Source: Pseudomonadota bacterium
GTDB taxonomy: Bacteria; Bdellovibrionota; Bdellovibrionia; Bdellovibrionales; SG-bin7
Assembly: GCA_034439715.1 (NCBI GenBank)
Contig: JAWXAY010000063.1
Span: 1-40,741 of the forward strand
Length of the DNA stretch: 40,741 nt
Direction of reading: 5' to 3'
Positions 19,578-28,643 of the stretch are shown here, piece after piece. The position numbers were made by a program, and so were the translations under genes. The notes beneath the pieces were generated by a model that saw only the letters and a program-made list of their open reading frames with translations, did no database searches and was not told the origin of the DNA. Each line of letters starts with the position of its first letter. Position 1 is the first letter of the stretch.

Positions 19578-20012
19578 ATGAGTGAAACTCCCCCCTTACA
19601 AACCCCAACGGTCACAATAGCGCGCAAGGTTCATTTTAGCAGCGGACATCGCTATTTTAACCCGCAGTTGTCAGACGACCAAAACAAGAAACTGTTTGGA
19701 AAACATTATTCTACCCATGGGCACGGCCATAATTTTACTCTAGAGGGTTTTTTTAAGGGCCCGGTTGATCCCGAATCAGGAATTGTCGTCAATCTCAGTG
19801 AGATTGACGAGCTCCTAAAAAAAGTGTCTGATCCCTTTGACCACCATTTTATCAATACGGATGTCCCCTATTTTAAAAAGATTATCCCGACCACCGAAAA
19901 TATTGCCAGTTATTTTTTTGGAGTACTAAAAAAAGAAATGAGCCACCCGGGGGTAGAGCTCGTTAAAATTCGTCTCTATGAAGGCGATTCCTTTTGGGTA
20001 GATGTCGAATGA
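19578..20012 (+). CDS. QueD/6-pyruvoyl-tetrahydropterin synthase family protein, copy 1 (no catalytic Cys)
   Basis: FSSGHR, FGKHYSTHGHGHN, TTENIA, LYE. Confidence 0.8.
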   Translation: MSETPPLQTPTVTIARKVHFSSGHRYFNPQLSDDQNKKLFGKHYSTHGHGHNFTLEGFFKGPVDPESGIVVNLSEIDELLKKVSDPFDHHFINTDVPYFKKIIPTTENIASYFFGVLKKEMSHPGVELVKIRLYEGDSFWVDVE

Positions 20013-20395
20013 CTTCATTGACCATTACTAAGCGCTTTGTGCTACACGCTCTTCACAATCTCAATAATCCCCAATGGTCGAATGAAAAAAATACCGCGAT
20101 GTTTGGCAAATGCTTTCGGCTCCATGGCCATGATTTTAAATTTGATATCTCAATAAAAGGATCACCAGATCCAACGACGGGTTTTGCCTACCCACCTGAA
20201 AAATTGGAAGAGATCATCAATAAATATATTCTTGGTCCTTATTGTGGAAAAAATCTTAATGAATATTTTTCTAATCCTTCTGGAGAGGGCCTCGTTGTGG
20301 AGTTTTATAAAATCTTAAAAGAGCCACTGGGAGATTCTATAGCTAATTTGAGCCTGCAGGAGACGCTCAAGAATTCCTTTAGTTATCCAATATAA
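20009..20395 (+). CDS. QueD/6-pyruvoyl-tetrahydropterin synthase family protein, copy 2
   Basis: ALH, FGKCFRLHGH (Cx3HGH), LQET; ATGA overlap with copy 1. Confidence 0.8.
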   Translation: MTSLTITKRFVLHALHNLNNPQWSNEKNTAMFGKCFRLHGHDFKFDISIKGSPDPTTGFAYPPEKLEEIINKYILGPYCGKNLNEYFSNPSGEGLVVEFYKILKEPLGDSIANLSLQETLKNSFSYPI

Positions 20396-20762
20396 AGTCA
20401 ACTCTCTTGAGCTCTCCATCAATGAGAGCCGCACCGTTAATCTCGATAACCTTATCATTCTCATTAACCGATACCACCCAAGGTAACGGAAATTTAAAGC
20501 GTAACCACAGGGAGCGTTTTTTTAAATAATAAACCTTAATTTTCTGACCATTAAGTAGGAGCTCCTTAGTTAATTCTATAGAATAATATCTGTTAGTCGT
20601 TTTTTGTTGGGCGGCAGAAATCAATTCTTTAAGTTGTGGTATTTCCATTTTTTTCAAATCGATGACAATTTCTGTTCCAGATAAGAATGCTTGGCTTGCA
20701 GATGCCTCCCGTTCCCAGGCAAAAAATATAAATAAGGTGACAATAAAAGTTACTTTGCCCAT
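20379..20762 (-). CDS. Hypothetical exported protein
   Basis: Signal peptide ending ASA; no recognised motif. Confidence 0.55.
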   Translation of the reverse strand: MGKVTFIVTLFIFFAWEREASASQAFLSGTEIVIDLKKMEIPQLKELISAAQQKTTNRYYSIELTKELLLNGQKIKVYYLKKRSLWLRFKFPLPWVVSVNENDKVIEINGAALIDGELKRVDFILDN

Positions 20763-20847
20763 TCCCTAGTGTTTCAAAGTATTTAATTCTAGTGAAGCCT
20801 TTACGCTGATTTCTGAATATGATATGGTGCTTCATTTAGAGGACCGT

Positions 20848-21708
20848 ATGTTGTCAAAGCACCTTTATGTATCGGATATGGATGGGACACTCCTAGCTAC
20901 GGGAGGTTTTTTATCACCTTATTCAAGCCAAAAGTTAGGTCACCTTATAAATCGTGGTATCAATTTTACCGTGGCAAGTGCGCGCAGTTATACTTCTGTC
21001 AAAAATGTATTTAAAAATATTGAACTTAAAGTTCCTGCCATTACTCATGACGGTGCTGTGCTTTATGATTTTGAGAATGACAGAGTATTGACGTCGCATG
21101 GTATGGACCCCCATGCCGCCACTCAGATGTATGAGTTAGCAGTAAATCACGGGACGTCACCTTTTATTGAAAGTATCGTTGATGGTGAAGAATTTTTTAT
21201 CACTCAGACTATTAAATCTGAAGGCATGAAATGGCTCTATGACTATCGCAAACAAGCAGGTGCCAAAAGTATTGTTGGCTTTGATAGTTTTGCACCCATT
21301 TCAAAAAACGTAATTAGTTTTACGTTGGTCGATCAGGCCGCGCCCCTCCTAAAACTGCAAAGTGAAATTAAGACTCTTTATAGCGATAAGATTAAAACTC
21401 ATTTTTATCGAGATTGGGATTGTGCCCACGCCAGTTGTCTAACTATCCACGATGCCAAGGCGCACAAGGGACAAGGCTTAAGAGATCTCATGCAGTATTT
21501 GGACTACGATTACAAAGATATCACTGTGTTTGGCGATCAACAAAACGACCTAGCTATGTTTATGCTAGCTCAGCGAAGCGTCGCAGTTAGTAATGCCGTG
21601 CCTGAACTAATAGCCCTTTCTACTCATCAAGTTGGACATCACAACGAAGACAGTGTGGTTAATTTTATATTGAACGAAAATAACCATTTTCTATCAGCGA
21701 CGCTTTGA
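20848..21708 (+). CDS. Cof-type HAD-IIB hydrolase
   Basis: DMDGT, ASAR, K, GDQQND; GAGGA RBS before ATG 20848. Confidence 0.9.
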   Translation: MLSKHLYVSDMDGTLLATGGFLSPYSSQKLGHLINRGINFTVASARSYTSVKNVFKNIELKVPAITHDGAVLYDFENDRVLTSHGMDPHAATQMYELAVNHGTSPFIESIVDGEEFFITQTIKSEGMKWLYDYRKQAGAKSIVGFDSFAPISKNVISFTLVDQAAPLLKLQSEIKTLYSDKIKTHFYRDWDCAHASCLTIHDAKAHKGQGLRDLMQYLDYDYKDITVFGDQQNDLAMFMLAQRSVAVSNAVPELIALSTHQVGHHNEDSVVNFILNENNHFLSATL

Positions 21709-21733
21709 CAAACTGTTAATTATTTTTTAGGCT
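21705..21733 (+). promoter_or_regulatory. Sigma70 promoter for yebC, very short leader
   Basis: TTGACA-N17-TAGGCT, ending 10 nt before the ATG. Confidence 0.6.
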
Positions 21734-21743
21734 TAACCCTTCT

Positions 21744-22466
21744 ATGGGCGCACAATGGAAAAAATCAGCAAAATCAGAAGCCTCACAAAAAAAAGGGCTA
21801 GTGTTTACCAAAGTTGCACGCGAGATCCAAGTTGCGGCTAAATTGGGAGGACCTGACATTGCCGGAAACCATCGCCTCGCACGCGCTATAAGCGCCGCCA
21901 AAGCAATTTCTTGTCCTAACGATACAATTGACCGCGCCATAAAAAAGGGTTCAGGTCAGCTCGGTGATGCCCAAATTGACGAAATCATGTACGAGGGCTT
22001 TGGCCCGCACCAAGTGGGTCTTCTAGTCGATTGTCAAACAGACAATCGGGTACGCACGGCGAGCGAAATAAGACTTCTTTTCAAATCGCATGGGGGCAAC
22101 CTTGGCGAAATGGGCAGTGTGGCCTGGATGTTTGACCGCGTAGGACTTATCGAAGCCGCACCCCCAAAAGACATGCAAAAAAACATGGACTATGCTGAGA
22201 CCGAAGCGCTTGAAGCGGGAGCCAATGATGTCGAAAAATCAGATGGTGAAAATTATTATTTTTATGGAGCCATTGAGGAACTTGAAAATATTCGCGCTGC
22301 TTTGAATACACGTGGTTGGAAGGTTGTCAGCTCCGAACTCTCATACAAAGCTAAAAATCTGACCGAGATTTCACCCAAAGAGCGGCAGGAAGTCGAAGCT
22401 TTTTTACAAGCCGTCGACGAATACGACGATACTCATAAAATCTATACCAGCGCTTCTTTTATTTAG
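21744..22466 (+). CDS. yebC: YebC/PmpR family protein
   Basis: GGPD-x3-N-x-RL, YEGFGP, TDN-x2-RT, GSVAWMF. Confidence 0.92.
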   Translation: MGAQWKKSAKSEASQKKGLVFTKVAREIQVAAKLGGPDIAGNHRLARAISAAKAISCPNDTIDRAIKKGSGQLGDAQIDEIMYEGFGPHQVGLLVDCQTDNRVRTASEIRLLFKSHGGNLGEMGSVAWMFDRVGLIEAAPPKDMQKNMDYAETEALEAGANDVEKSDGENYYFYGAIEELENIRAALNTRGWKVVSSELSYKAKNLTEISPKERQEVEAFLQAVDEYDDTHKIYTSASFI

Positions 22467-22881
22467 TTTCCAATAACAAAAACGCCTGGGCATAATATTT
22501 AATTTGTTTGAGCATTGCGTAAAGCCCGTTGCTGCGACTGGGCGTTAAATGAGAGTCCAATTTTAATTCTTTGATGAATTCCGCTTTTCCTTCAAGTATT
22601 GAACGGGGCGTCTCTCCGCTAAATACCTTTAATAATAAACTGAGCAGCCCCTTAACCAATATCGCGTCACTATCGCCAGTAAAATAAATAAGTCCGTCGC
22701 GCTGCCTTTCGGCTATTAGCCAAACTTGGGACTGACAGCCTTTGACTTTATATTTATCAATTTTAAGTTCTAACGGCAGATCGCTGAGACTCTTCCCCTC
22801 CTCAATAATCCTTCTGTAGGTCGCTTCCCAATCTGGAATAGCCCGAAACTCGTTAATTATTGCTTGCTCTTTTTTTTTCAT
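22459..22881 (-). CDS. sufE: SufE family sulfur acceptor
   Basis: KVKGCQSQVW, DSDA-x2-VKG, LTPSRSNG. Confidence 0.92.
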   Translation of the reverse strand: MKKKEQAIINEFRAIPDWEATYRRIIEEGKSLSDLPLELKIDKYKVKGCQSQVWLIAERQRDGLIYFTGDSDAILVKGLLSLLLKVFSGETPRSILEGKAEFIKELKLDSHLTPSRSNGLYAMLKQIKYYAQAFLLLETK

Positions 22882-22929
22882 TGATTTTTTACAATGTGAG
22901 AGCGGCCCCCTCGGGTCAACAAGAATTTT

Positions 22930-23757
22930 GTGGTACAGCTATATAACTCTATGTGGAAGTCACTCAACCAAATACCCAGTCGCAGACAATTGATTTCAGC
23001 CATTTTATTTCCTTGTTTTTTGGGCCCATTGATTTTTTTATTTTTAATCGCACGACAGGGCTATGACCTTTCCTTTTTTTTGCCGGCATTGAAACCGTCA
23101 TCTCCCTCTACATTTACCAAGTTTTTTCATGAGCTCTCAGTGCTTGGAGTTGATCTACCGTTTGCGGCAGCCGCCGCAACAAAGGTAAGGGCTGTGCGCT
23201 TTTCTGCAATGCCCCCTGATGTGGGTGCACTCTATAATGCTTTTACGAATGTGATGTTTCTCCCCCTAAGTGTCTTAGATGAAAAAAAAAGTGGTCTCAA
23301 ATCAGTCAGCCAAATGAACACCTATGAAATTAGCGCTATTGTTCATGAGCTTTGGCACTGCTATTTTAAGAAGATTGCCATTCCCGAGAGGACCGCACTC
23401 TTCAAGCGTTTTGAGGCGAACTCTTGGGTCATCAAGACGGAGGGCCGGATTTCTCTTGAAGAAGCTCAAGCTTCTTATATTGGAGACGTTGCCGGCGCTC
23501 TGGTGCAATTTAAAAGAAAAATACGTGCGATCGCGCCTCATGATCCTCGCTTCCACGCAAAACTGCTAGGTTTTCAGCAAGACTTAAACTACCTTGTTAG
23601 CATCCGTGAGTTTTTTGGCTATTTCACTGACTGGTACAGAAATGAGGTGGTTGTAACAGAAAGCCCCCTGCCTTTTGGCGAAAAACAGGCCCTCCTTAGA
23701 GAGCTATTTCCCACTCTAAAGGCCATTAAACCGCTGTTCGCAGGCCAAACACGTTAG
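22930..23757 (+). CDS. Membrane-anchored hypothetical protein with HExxH motif
   Basis: N-terminal TM segment; VHELWH with downstream EE-x2-A; start uncertain (ATG 22951 possible). Confidence 0.6.
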   Translation: MVQLYNSMWKSLNQIPSRRQLISAILFPCFLGPLIFLFLIARQGYDLSFFLPALKPSSPSTFTKFFHELSVLGVDLPFAAAAATKVRAVRFSAMPPDVGALYNAFTNVMFLPLSVLDEKKSGLKSVSQMNTYEISAIVHELWHCYFKKIAIPERTALFKRFEANSWVIKTEGRISLEEAQASYIGDVAGALVQFKRKIRAIAPHDPRFHAKLLGFQQDLNYLVSIREFFGYFTDWYRNEVVVTESPLPFGEKQALLRELFPTLKAIKPLFAGQTR

Positions 23758-23861
23758 CCAAGTGTATAACTCTTAGACGACTACACTCCGTTCTATTGGC
23801 TTTCTCCCAATGAACTTATTAGCCCGACTACAAACCGCCTATTTTCAATAGGTTATAAAGA

Positions 23862-23877
23862 TGGCTTAAGAGTTGAA
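23862..23877 (+). promoter_or_regulatory. Possible sigma54 promoter (variant -12) with upstream IHF-like site
   Basis: TGGCTT-AAGAG-TTGAA; TTTCAATAGGTTA just upstream is 1 mismatch from WATCAANNNNTTR. Confidence 0.4.
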
Positions 23878-23900
23878 ATTAACGGGTGTAGGAGGCACAC

Positions 23901-24158
23901 ATGAAGCAATTCTTAATCGTTCTGACTTTGGTTTTATTCTCTCATCTGGTTTCTGCCAAATCTACTTGTCGATTGCAGACAGGATACGGCACATTTGTAG
24001 GTTACGGTAATACGGAATCTGTCGCATTTGAAAAAGCTGCTGAGCGATGCTTTGACAGTATGAATATTGTAAAGAGCAAAAAGAGCAAGAACCCAGACAT
24101 TAGCGAAGATCAACAACTTGATTTTATCGATTATTGTGCCAACCTCAAATGCGCCTAA
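23901..24158 (+). CDS. Small secreted protein with four Cys
   Basis: AGGAGG RBS, signal peptide ending VSA, C-terminal CANLKC. Confidence 0.8.
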   Translation: MKQFLIVLTLVLFSHLVSAKSTCRLQTGYGTFVGYGNTESVAFEKAAERCFDSMNIVKSKKSKNPDISEDQQLDFIDYCANLKCA

Positions 24159-24198
24159 AACTTTTTAGTGCGCTTTTTATGCTTCGATGTTATTATTC

Positions 24199-24225
24199 TT
24201 AAGTTACTAATCAATTGGCCGATAA
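24199..24225 (+). promoter_or_regulatory. Sigma28 (FliA) promoter
   Basis: TTAAGTTA-N11-GCCGATAA versus consensus TAAAGTTT-N11-GCCGATAA. Confidence 0.7.
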
Positions 24226-24234
24226 GGAATGTGA

Positions 24235-24426
24235 ATGAGTTCAAAATCACAAAAAAAACCATCCCTGCTTTTTTCAATGGTAAAAACAGCGCCTAAGAAA
24301 GAAAGTATTTCTAAATCGACTTCACAGCTAGGAACCAAAACTCGCATACCCGAGAGTCTCGGCATTAAGCTTGAGACGTCTAAATTTTCAAGTGCTCACA
24401 ACACCAAAAACTTTCGTTTTATTTAA
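24235..24426 (+). CDS. Small Lys/Ser-rich hypothetical protein
   Basis: 63-aa ORF filling the gap directly behind the FliA-like promoter. Confidence 0.45.
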   Translation: MSSKSQKKPSLLFSMVKTAPKKESISKSTSQLGTKTRIPESLGIKLETSKFSSAHNTKNFRFI

Positions 24427-25076
24427 ATACGCACGCTCATAGTAAGGCCTTCACAGGTCGGGATTATAGTGGTGCGAAACTCAGGGTCACGGGCGGCCAT
24501 ATCGTTATATTTTTGCAAGGCCTTTACCGTTTCATCATTTGTATTTCTATCAAATACTTGTCCCCACGCAAAAGTATTGTCGGCAAGAATCACACCTCCG
24601 ACCCGTAAAACTTTTTTTGCCCACTGAAAATATTTGCAGTAGTTCCCTTTGTCGGCATCGATAAAAACCAAATCAAACGGCGCTCGAGTTTCAATTTTTG
24701 AAAGATTATCTAAGGCAGGACCCAAAAAAATTTCAACATTTTCAGAAATTCCAGCCCTAACAAATGCCTTTCGTGCCACAGACGCATGTTTTTCACTCAT
24801 TTCAAAAGTAAACAATTTGCCATTTTTTTGTAATCCTCTTACAATTGAAATGCCTGAATAACCACCAAGCGTGCCAATTTCTACTGCAGAACTAGCATTG
24901 AAGGATCTCGTTAACACTTCCAAATGCCTCGCATCGTGCTTCCCAACTTGGATTTGCGGAAGGCCCGCTTCTATTCCCATGATCCTCACTTCTTCGAGAA
25001 TTTTATCTTCAGGAACAAGCAAGTCCTCAAAGTAAGCAGTAATTCGTGGATCATTTTGGCTCAATTCTTTTTCCAT
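24423..25076 (-). CDS. SAM-dependent O-methyltransferase (Methyltransf_3 / CCoAOMT-like)
   Basis: EIGTLGGYS, FDLVFIDADK, ADN. Confidence 0.9.
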   Translation of the reverse strand: MEKELSQNDPRITAYFEDLLVPEDKILEEVRIMGIEAGLPQIQVGKHDARHLEVLTRSFNASSAVEIGTLGGYSGISIVRGLQKNGKLFTFEMSEKHASVARKAFVRAGISENVEIFLGPALDNLSKIETRAPFDLVFIDADKGNYCKYFQWAKKVLRVGGVILADNTFAWGQVFDRNTNDETVKALQKYNDMAARDPEFRTTIIPTCEGLTMSVRI

Positions 25077-25112
25077 TTGAACTTCCTATGGTTAATCTAT
25101 AGAGTACCAGTT

Positions 25113-25313
25113 ATGGGAATATTTAAATCTATCTTAGATTTTTTGTTTGGCAAGGATCCAGATATTTTTGATGAAACAGGTAGCGTTTGTCACAAACATC
25201 CTGATCGGCTTTGGGACGCCTGGAAAAACAAATATAAAACTAACCCAGAAATTAACTGGCGCAACCACTCTGGTACGCAGCCGAAAAAATTACGCCCAAA
25301 AGGCACCACATAA
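25113..25313 (+). CDS. Small hypothetical protein (66 aa)
   Basis: MGIFKSILDFLFGKDPDIFD...; non-overlapping portion of the track ORF 24924..25313. Confidence 0.55.
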   Translation: MGIFKSILDFLFGKDPDIFDETGSVCHKHPDRLWDAWKNKYKTNPEINWRNHSGTQPKKLRPKGTT

Positions 25314-25460
25314 AGCAGCCTTAGTGATATCTTACATTATCTTAAATGTTATGATGCTTTAACCCATAAAAATAGCTTGGGTTTTTTATCACTTTAATCA
25401 CTTTTACTTTTGGAGAGTATTGAAAGTAGTCTTATTTTCAACAAAGCAAAGGAGGCTTGA

Positions 25461-26378
25461 GTGGTAAAACAAAATTTGGTGATCGCACTAGCGTTAGCCA
25501 TAGGATCTTTAGGTTCTGCTGATCAGTCAGCAACTGGAAAATGTACTTTCGTGCCAGAAAACAACCTTAGAATTCCCGCATTTATAGAGGGACAAGGCGT
25601 TACTCAAAAAGAATTTAACGCTGTGATCGACCGAGTTGAATCTATCTATACCTCTGTTGTAAGTAAACAGGGTGGTATTCTTGCTGTTAAAAGACTATGG
25701 GAAAACGACACAGTAAATGCCCAAGCCTACAGAGATGGACAAACATGGTACGTCGATATGTTTGGAGGCCTAGCTCGATACCGAAGCATGACTAAAGACG
25801 GATTTACTCTAGTGTTGTGTCATGAACTAGGACACCAAATTGGCGGCGCTCCTAAAATCGGCACCAGGTGGGCTTCTAACGAAGGTCAAGCCGACTATTA
25901 TGCCGGTCTCAAATGTTTACGCCAAGTTTTCGCCTTAGATGACAACGTAAAATTAATGCGCGCAAAAACAAATATCGACCCTACCTTGGCAAAGGAATGC
26001 GCTCAATCTTATCAGAGTGCGCAGGACATCGCCATTTGCACCCGCATTGGATACGCAGGTTTTTCCGTGGCTACTATGTTTCAAGAGCTAAAAAAGGAAC
26101 AGAAAATACCCCGATTTGATACACCAGACAAAAATGTTGTTGTGCGAACTGACCATCGTCACCCGGCCACTCAATGTCGCCTTGACACTTACGTTCAAGG
26201 GGCAATCTGCACTGTGGCAGTTAGCGACGAGGTAAGTGACAACGATCCCAATGTCGGCACCTGCGGCGAAAAATATTTTACTCGTGGCACGCGCCCTCGC
26301 TGTTGGTATAGCGCCACCAGCCAAGATTTATACGAAGACATGTCCGACGAAATCTACGATACAGAAATTTACAAATAG
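25461..26378 (+). CDS. Secreted Cys-rich zinc metalloprotease-like protein (M48-like)
   Basis: AAGGAGG RBS, signal peptide, NAQA, CHELGH, NEGQADY, HP-x4-R. Confidence 0.8.
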   Translation: MVKQNLVIALALAIGSLGSADQSATGKCTFVPENNLRIPAFIEGQGVTQKEFNAVIDRVESIYTSVVSKQGGILAVKRLWENDTVNAQAYRDGQTWYVDMFGGLARYRSMTKDGFTLVLCHELGHQIGGAPKIGTRWASNEGQADYYAGLKCLRQVFALDDNVKLMRAKTNIDPTLAKECAQSYQSAQDIAICTRIGYAGFSVATMFQELKKEQKIPRFDTPDKNVVVRTDHRHPATQCRLDTYVQGAICTVAVSDEVSDNDPNVGTCGEKYFTRGTRPRCWYSATSQDLYEDMSDEIYDTEIYK

Positions 26379-26390
26379 CCCCACCAAACA

Positions 26391-26420
26391 AAAAGCCCCT
26401 CTATTGGGGCTTTTGCTTTT
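26391..26420. terminator. Probable bidirectional intrinsic terminator overlapping the cca stop
   Basis: AAAAGCCCC-TCTATT-GGGGCTTTT followed by GCTTTT. Confidence 0.7.
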
Positions 26421-27600
26421 TAAGCCACTCAAGGCTTTGTATTTTATTTTGGAGCTGGCGTTTTAATTGCAGATCATAGGCTGTTTTTAAAAGGCTTCCC
26501 ATTAGTGGCCCGGGGCTAATCCCGGCCTCCATTAAATCTTTGGAGCTAAGATAGGCTTCAGGCAATTTTTGGGTTGAAATTTTTTGTAACTCCACCAACT
26601 TTTTTTTGGCGCTCGGCACAATTTCCGCGAAAGCTTCAAAACAATTTATCAGCGACTGGGCTCCCCCGTTTGCAAAGGTTCGAAGACAAAAAGAGTCATC
26701 TGTCTTTTTACCTTCGATAATATTAAAATGGGACAGATTAAATAATATCTCTTTTTTTTCGTCGCTAGAAAGCTTGAGGCGCGAAAGTAAAAAATCGCTG
26801 GCGGTGTTATTTATTTCTGAAAAAACCAGCAACAAGGTCATTGCACTTACGAAATTTATTTTTTCATTGAAAGCCTGAAGTGTCAATTTTGCCATGGGCT
26901 TGACATTAACATCAGGTAGAACTTCTTGGAGAAAACCTGATTGTTGAAGGTGCGAGAGCGCCTTAACGCCGTCACTACTCAATAACATTTTCTTAAACTC
27001 ATCGCGAATACGTTCCAGCGAAACCTCTTTGAGGCTAAACCCGATCGTAGCCCTGTAGGTCTCCTCAGCCAACTCAAACCCCAACTGGCTGGCAAACCGA
27101 AAGGCACGTAAAATTCTGAGCTTGTCTTCTTGAAATCTTTTTTTGGGATCACCAACAGCGCGAATCACTTTTGCCTTTATGTCTTGCTGTCCGCCGACAT
27201 AATCAATCACCTTCTTACTGAGGGGATCAAAAAAAAGCGCATTAACAGTGAAATCCCGGCGTTTTGCGTCTTCTTCAGCGGTCGCAAGCTCGATAGATTC
27301 TGGATGCCGGCCATCAAGATAAGGACCATCTTTTCGAAAGGTCGCAATTTCAATTTGGTAATCTTTAAATGGAACGATGATAATTCCAAATTTTTTACCA
27401 ATCGGTAGCGCATTAGGGAATAAAGCAGATATCTGCTCGGGCGTGGCATTGGAAACGACGTCGAAATCTTTCGGCTCAATTCCTAATATACTATCTCTAA
27501 CCGAACCGCCTGCAAGCCAAGCACAATAGCCTTTTTCTGCCAGTCTCTCTAGGACCAGTTTGACATTAGGCCACTGTTCATGTTTTTCAAATGCCTGCAT
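26401..27600 (-). CDS. cca: Class II tRNA nucleotidyltransferase (CCA-adding type)
   Basis: GGSVRD, DFD, intact flexible loop YLDGRHP, RRDFTVNA, EDKLR, ERIRDE; alternative start 27618. Confidence 0.88.
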   Translation of the reverse strand: MQAFEKHEQWPNVKLVLERLAEKGYCAWLAGGSVRDSILGIEPKDFDVVSNATPEQISALFPNALPIGKKFGIIIVPFKDYQIEIATFRKDGPYLDGRHPESIELATAEEDAKRRDFTVNALFFDPLSKKVIDYVGGQQDIKAKVIRAVGDPKKRFQEDKLRILRAFRFASQLGFELAEETYRATIGFSLKEVSLERIRDEFKKMLLSSDGVKALSHLQQSGFLQEVLPDVNVKPMAKLTLQAFNEKINFVSAMTLLLVFSEINNTASDFLLSRLKLSSDEKKEILFNLSHFNIIEGKKTDDSFCLRTFANGGAQSLINCFEAFAEIVPSAKKKLVELQKISTQKLPEAYLSSKDLMEAGISPGPLMGSLLKTAYDLQLKRQLQNKIQSLEWLKKQKPQ

Positions 27601-28636
27601 GACTGCTCCAAAAGACATAAAGACAATAGTTACTAAAATACTAGCCCATCAAGGTATCGAACGCTATGGCTTTGCTCATTTTACCACATCAAAAACTATA
27701 AACCACTACAAAACCTGGCTACAGTTAGGCTTCAACGGCGAAATGAAATATCTTGGGGAACACCTTGAGGCCAAAGAAAATCCCAGTACTTATTATGACC
27801 ATGCTGTCTCAGCCATTGTTATCGCAAAAGAATATTCCCCACACCCCTGGGCGAATCCGACTCGTTACGACTCCCTACGAATAGCAAAATATGCCCAAGG
27901 TAATGACTACCATGGCGAGATCAAAAAGATTTTAAATAAGGTGGCGGGTGACCTAAAGGAAGTCTTTCCACAAGATTCCTTTTGGCCTTCGATTGACTCT
28001 GGACCTGTTTTAGAAAGAGACCTTGCATTTGAAGCTGGCCTAGGTTGGGTGGGCAAAAATACTTGTCTCATCGATAAAAAACTTGGCAGTTATTTTTTTA
28101 TCGGCGAAATTCTCACCAGCCTAAAATTAGATCCATTTAAAGAAAAATCTAAGAACCATTGCGGTACTTGTACCCGCTGCATCGACGCCTGTCCCACACG
28201 GGCTCTCGTAGCGCCTAATGTCCTTGATGCGCGTCTCTGCCTCTCTTATCTTAATATCGAAGCCCCGGGCATACCTGACGAGAACCTGCGACCTCTTGTA
28301 GGAGATTGGTTTTTTGGCTGCGATATCTGCCAAGATGTTTGTCCATGGAACGACAAGAAGAATAAAGAAAACGAAGGTTCGGTGCTCCTCGGTAATCGTG
28401 AAGAGAAAATTAAAGCGATTGAGTACCTACTCACTCAAACTCATCGGCAAATCGAAAGAGACATTAAGAATTCTCCGCTCGCGCGTGCCGGCGCCAGAGG
28501 GCTCAAACGAAATGCTCTGATGGTAATTGCCAATCTTAAAATTTATGAACTAAGGCCAAACGTTGAGTCCCTCGTCAGCCACGAGTTCTTTGGCGAACTA
28601 GCAAAATGGACTCTCAGCCAATTACAGAGCCACTAG
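27599..28636 (+). CDS. queG: Epoxyqueuosine reductase
   Basis: DYH, GLGWVGKN, CGTCTRCIDACP, GCDICQDVCPWN. Confidence 0.93.
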   Translation: MTAPKDIKTIVTKILAHQGIERYGFAHFTTSKTINHYKTWLQLGFNGEMKYLGEHLEAKENPSTYYDHAVSAIVIAKEYSPHPWANPTRYDSLRIAKYAQGNDYHGEIKKILNKVAGDLKEVFPQDSFWPSIDSGPVLERDLAFEAGLGWVGKNTCLIDKKLGSYFFIGEILTSLKLDPFKEKSKNHCGTCTRCIDACPTRALVAPNVLDARLCLSYLNIEAPGIPDENLRPLVGDWFFGCDICQDVCPWNDKKNKENEGSVLLGNREEKIKAIEYLLTQTHRQIERDIKNSPLARAGARGLKRNALMVIANLKIYELRPNVESLVSHEFFGELAKWTLSQLQSH

Positions 28637-28643
28637 CCTGGCA

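Noticed and set aside
24924..25112. Upstream part of track ORF 24924..25313
   Set aside because: Antisense to the methyltransferase; only 25113..25313 is plausible
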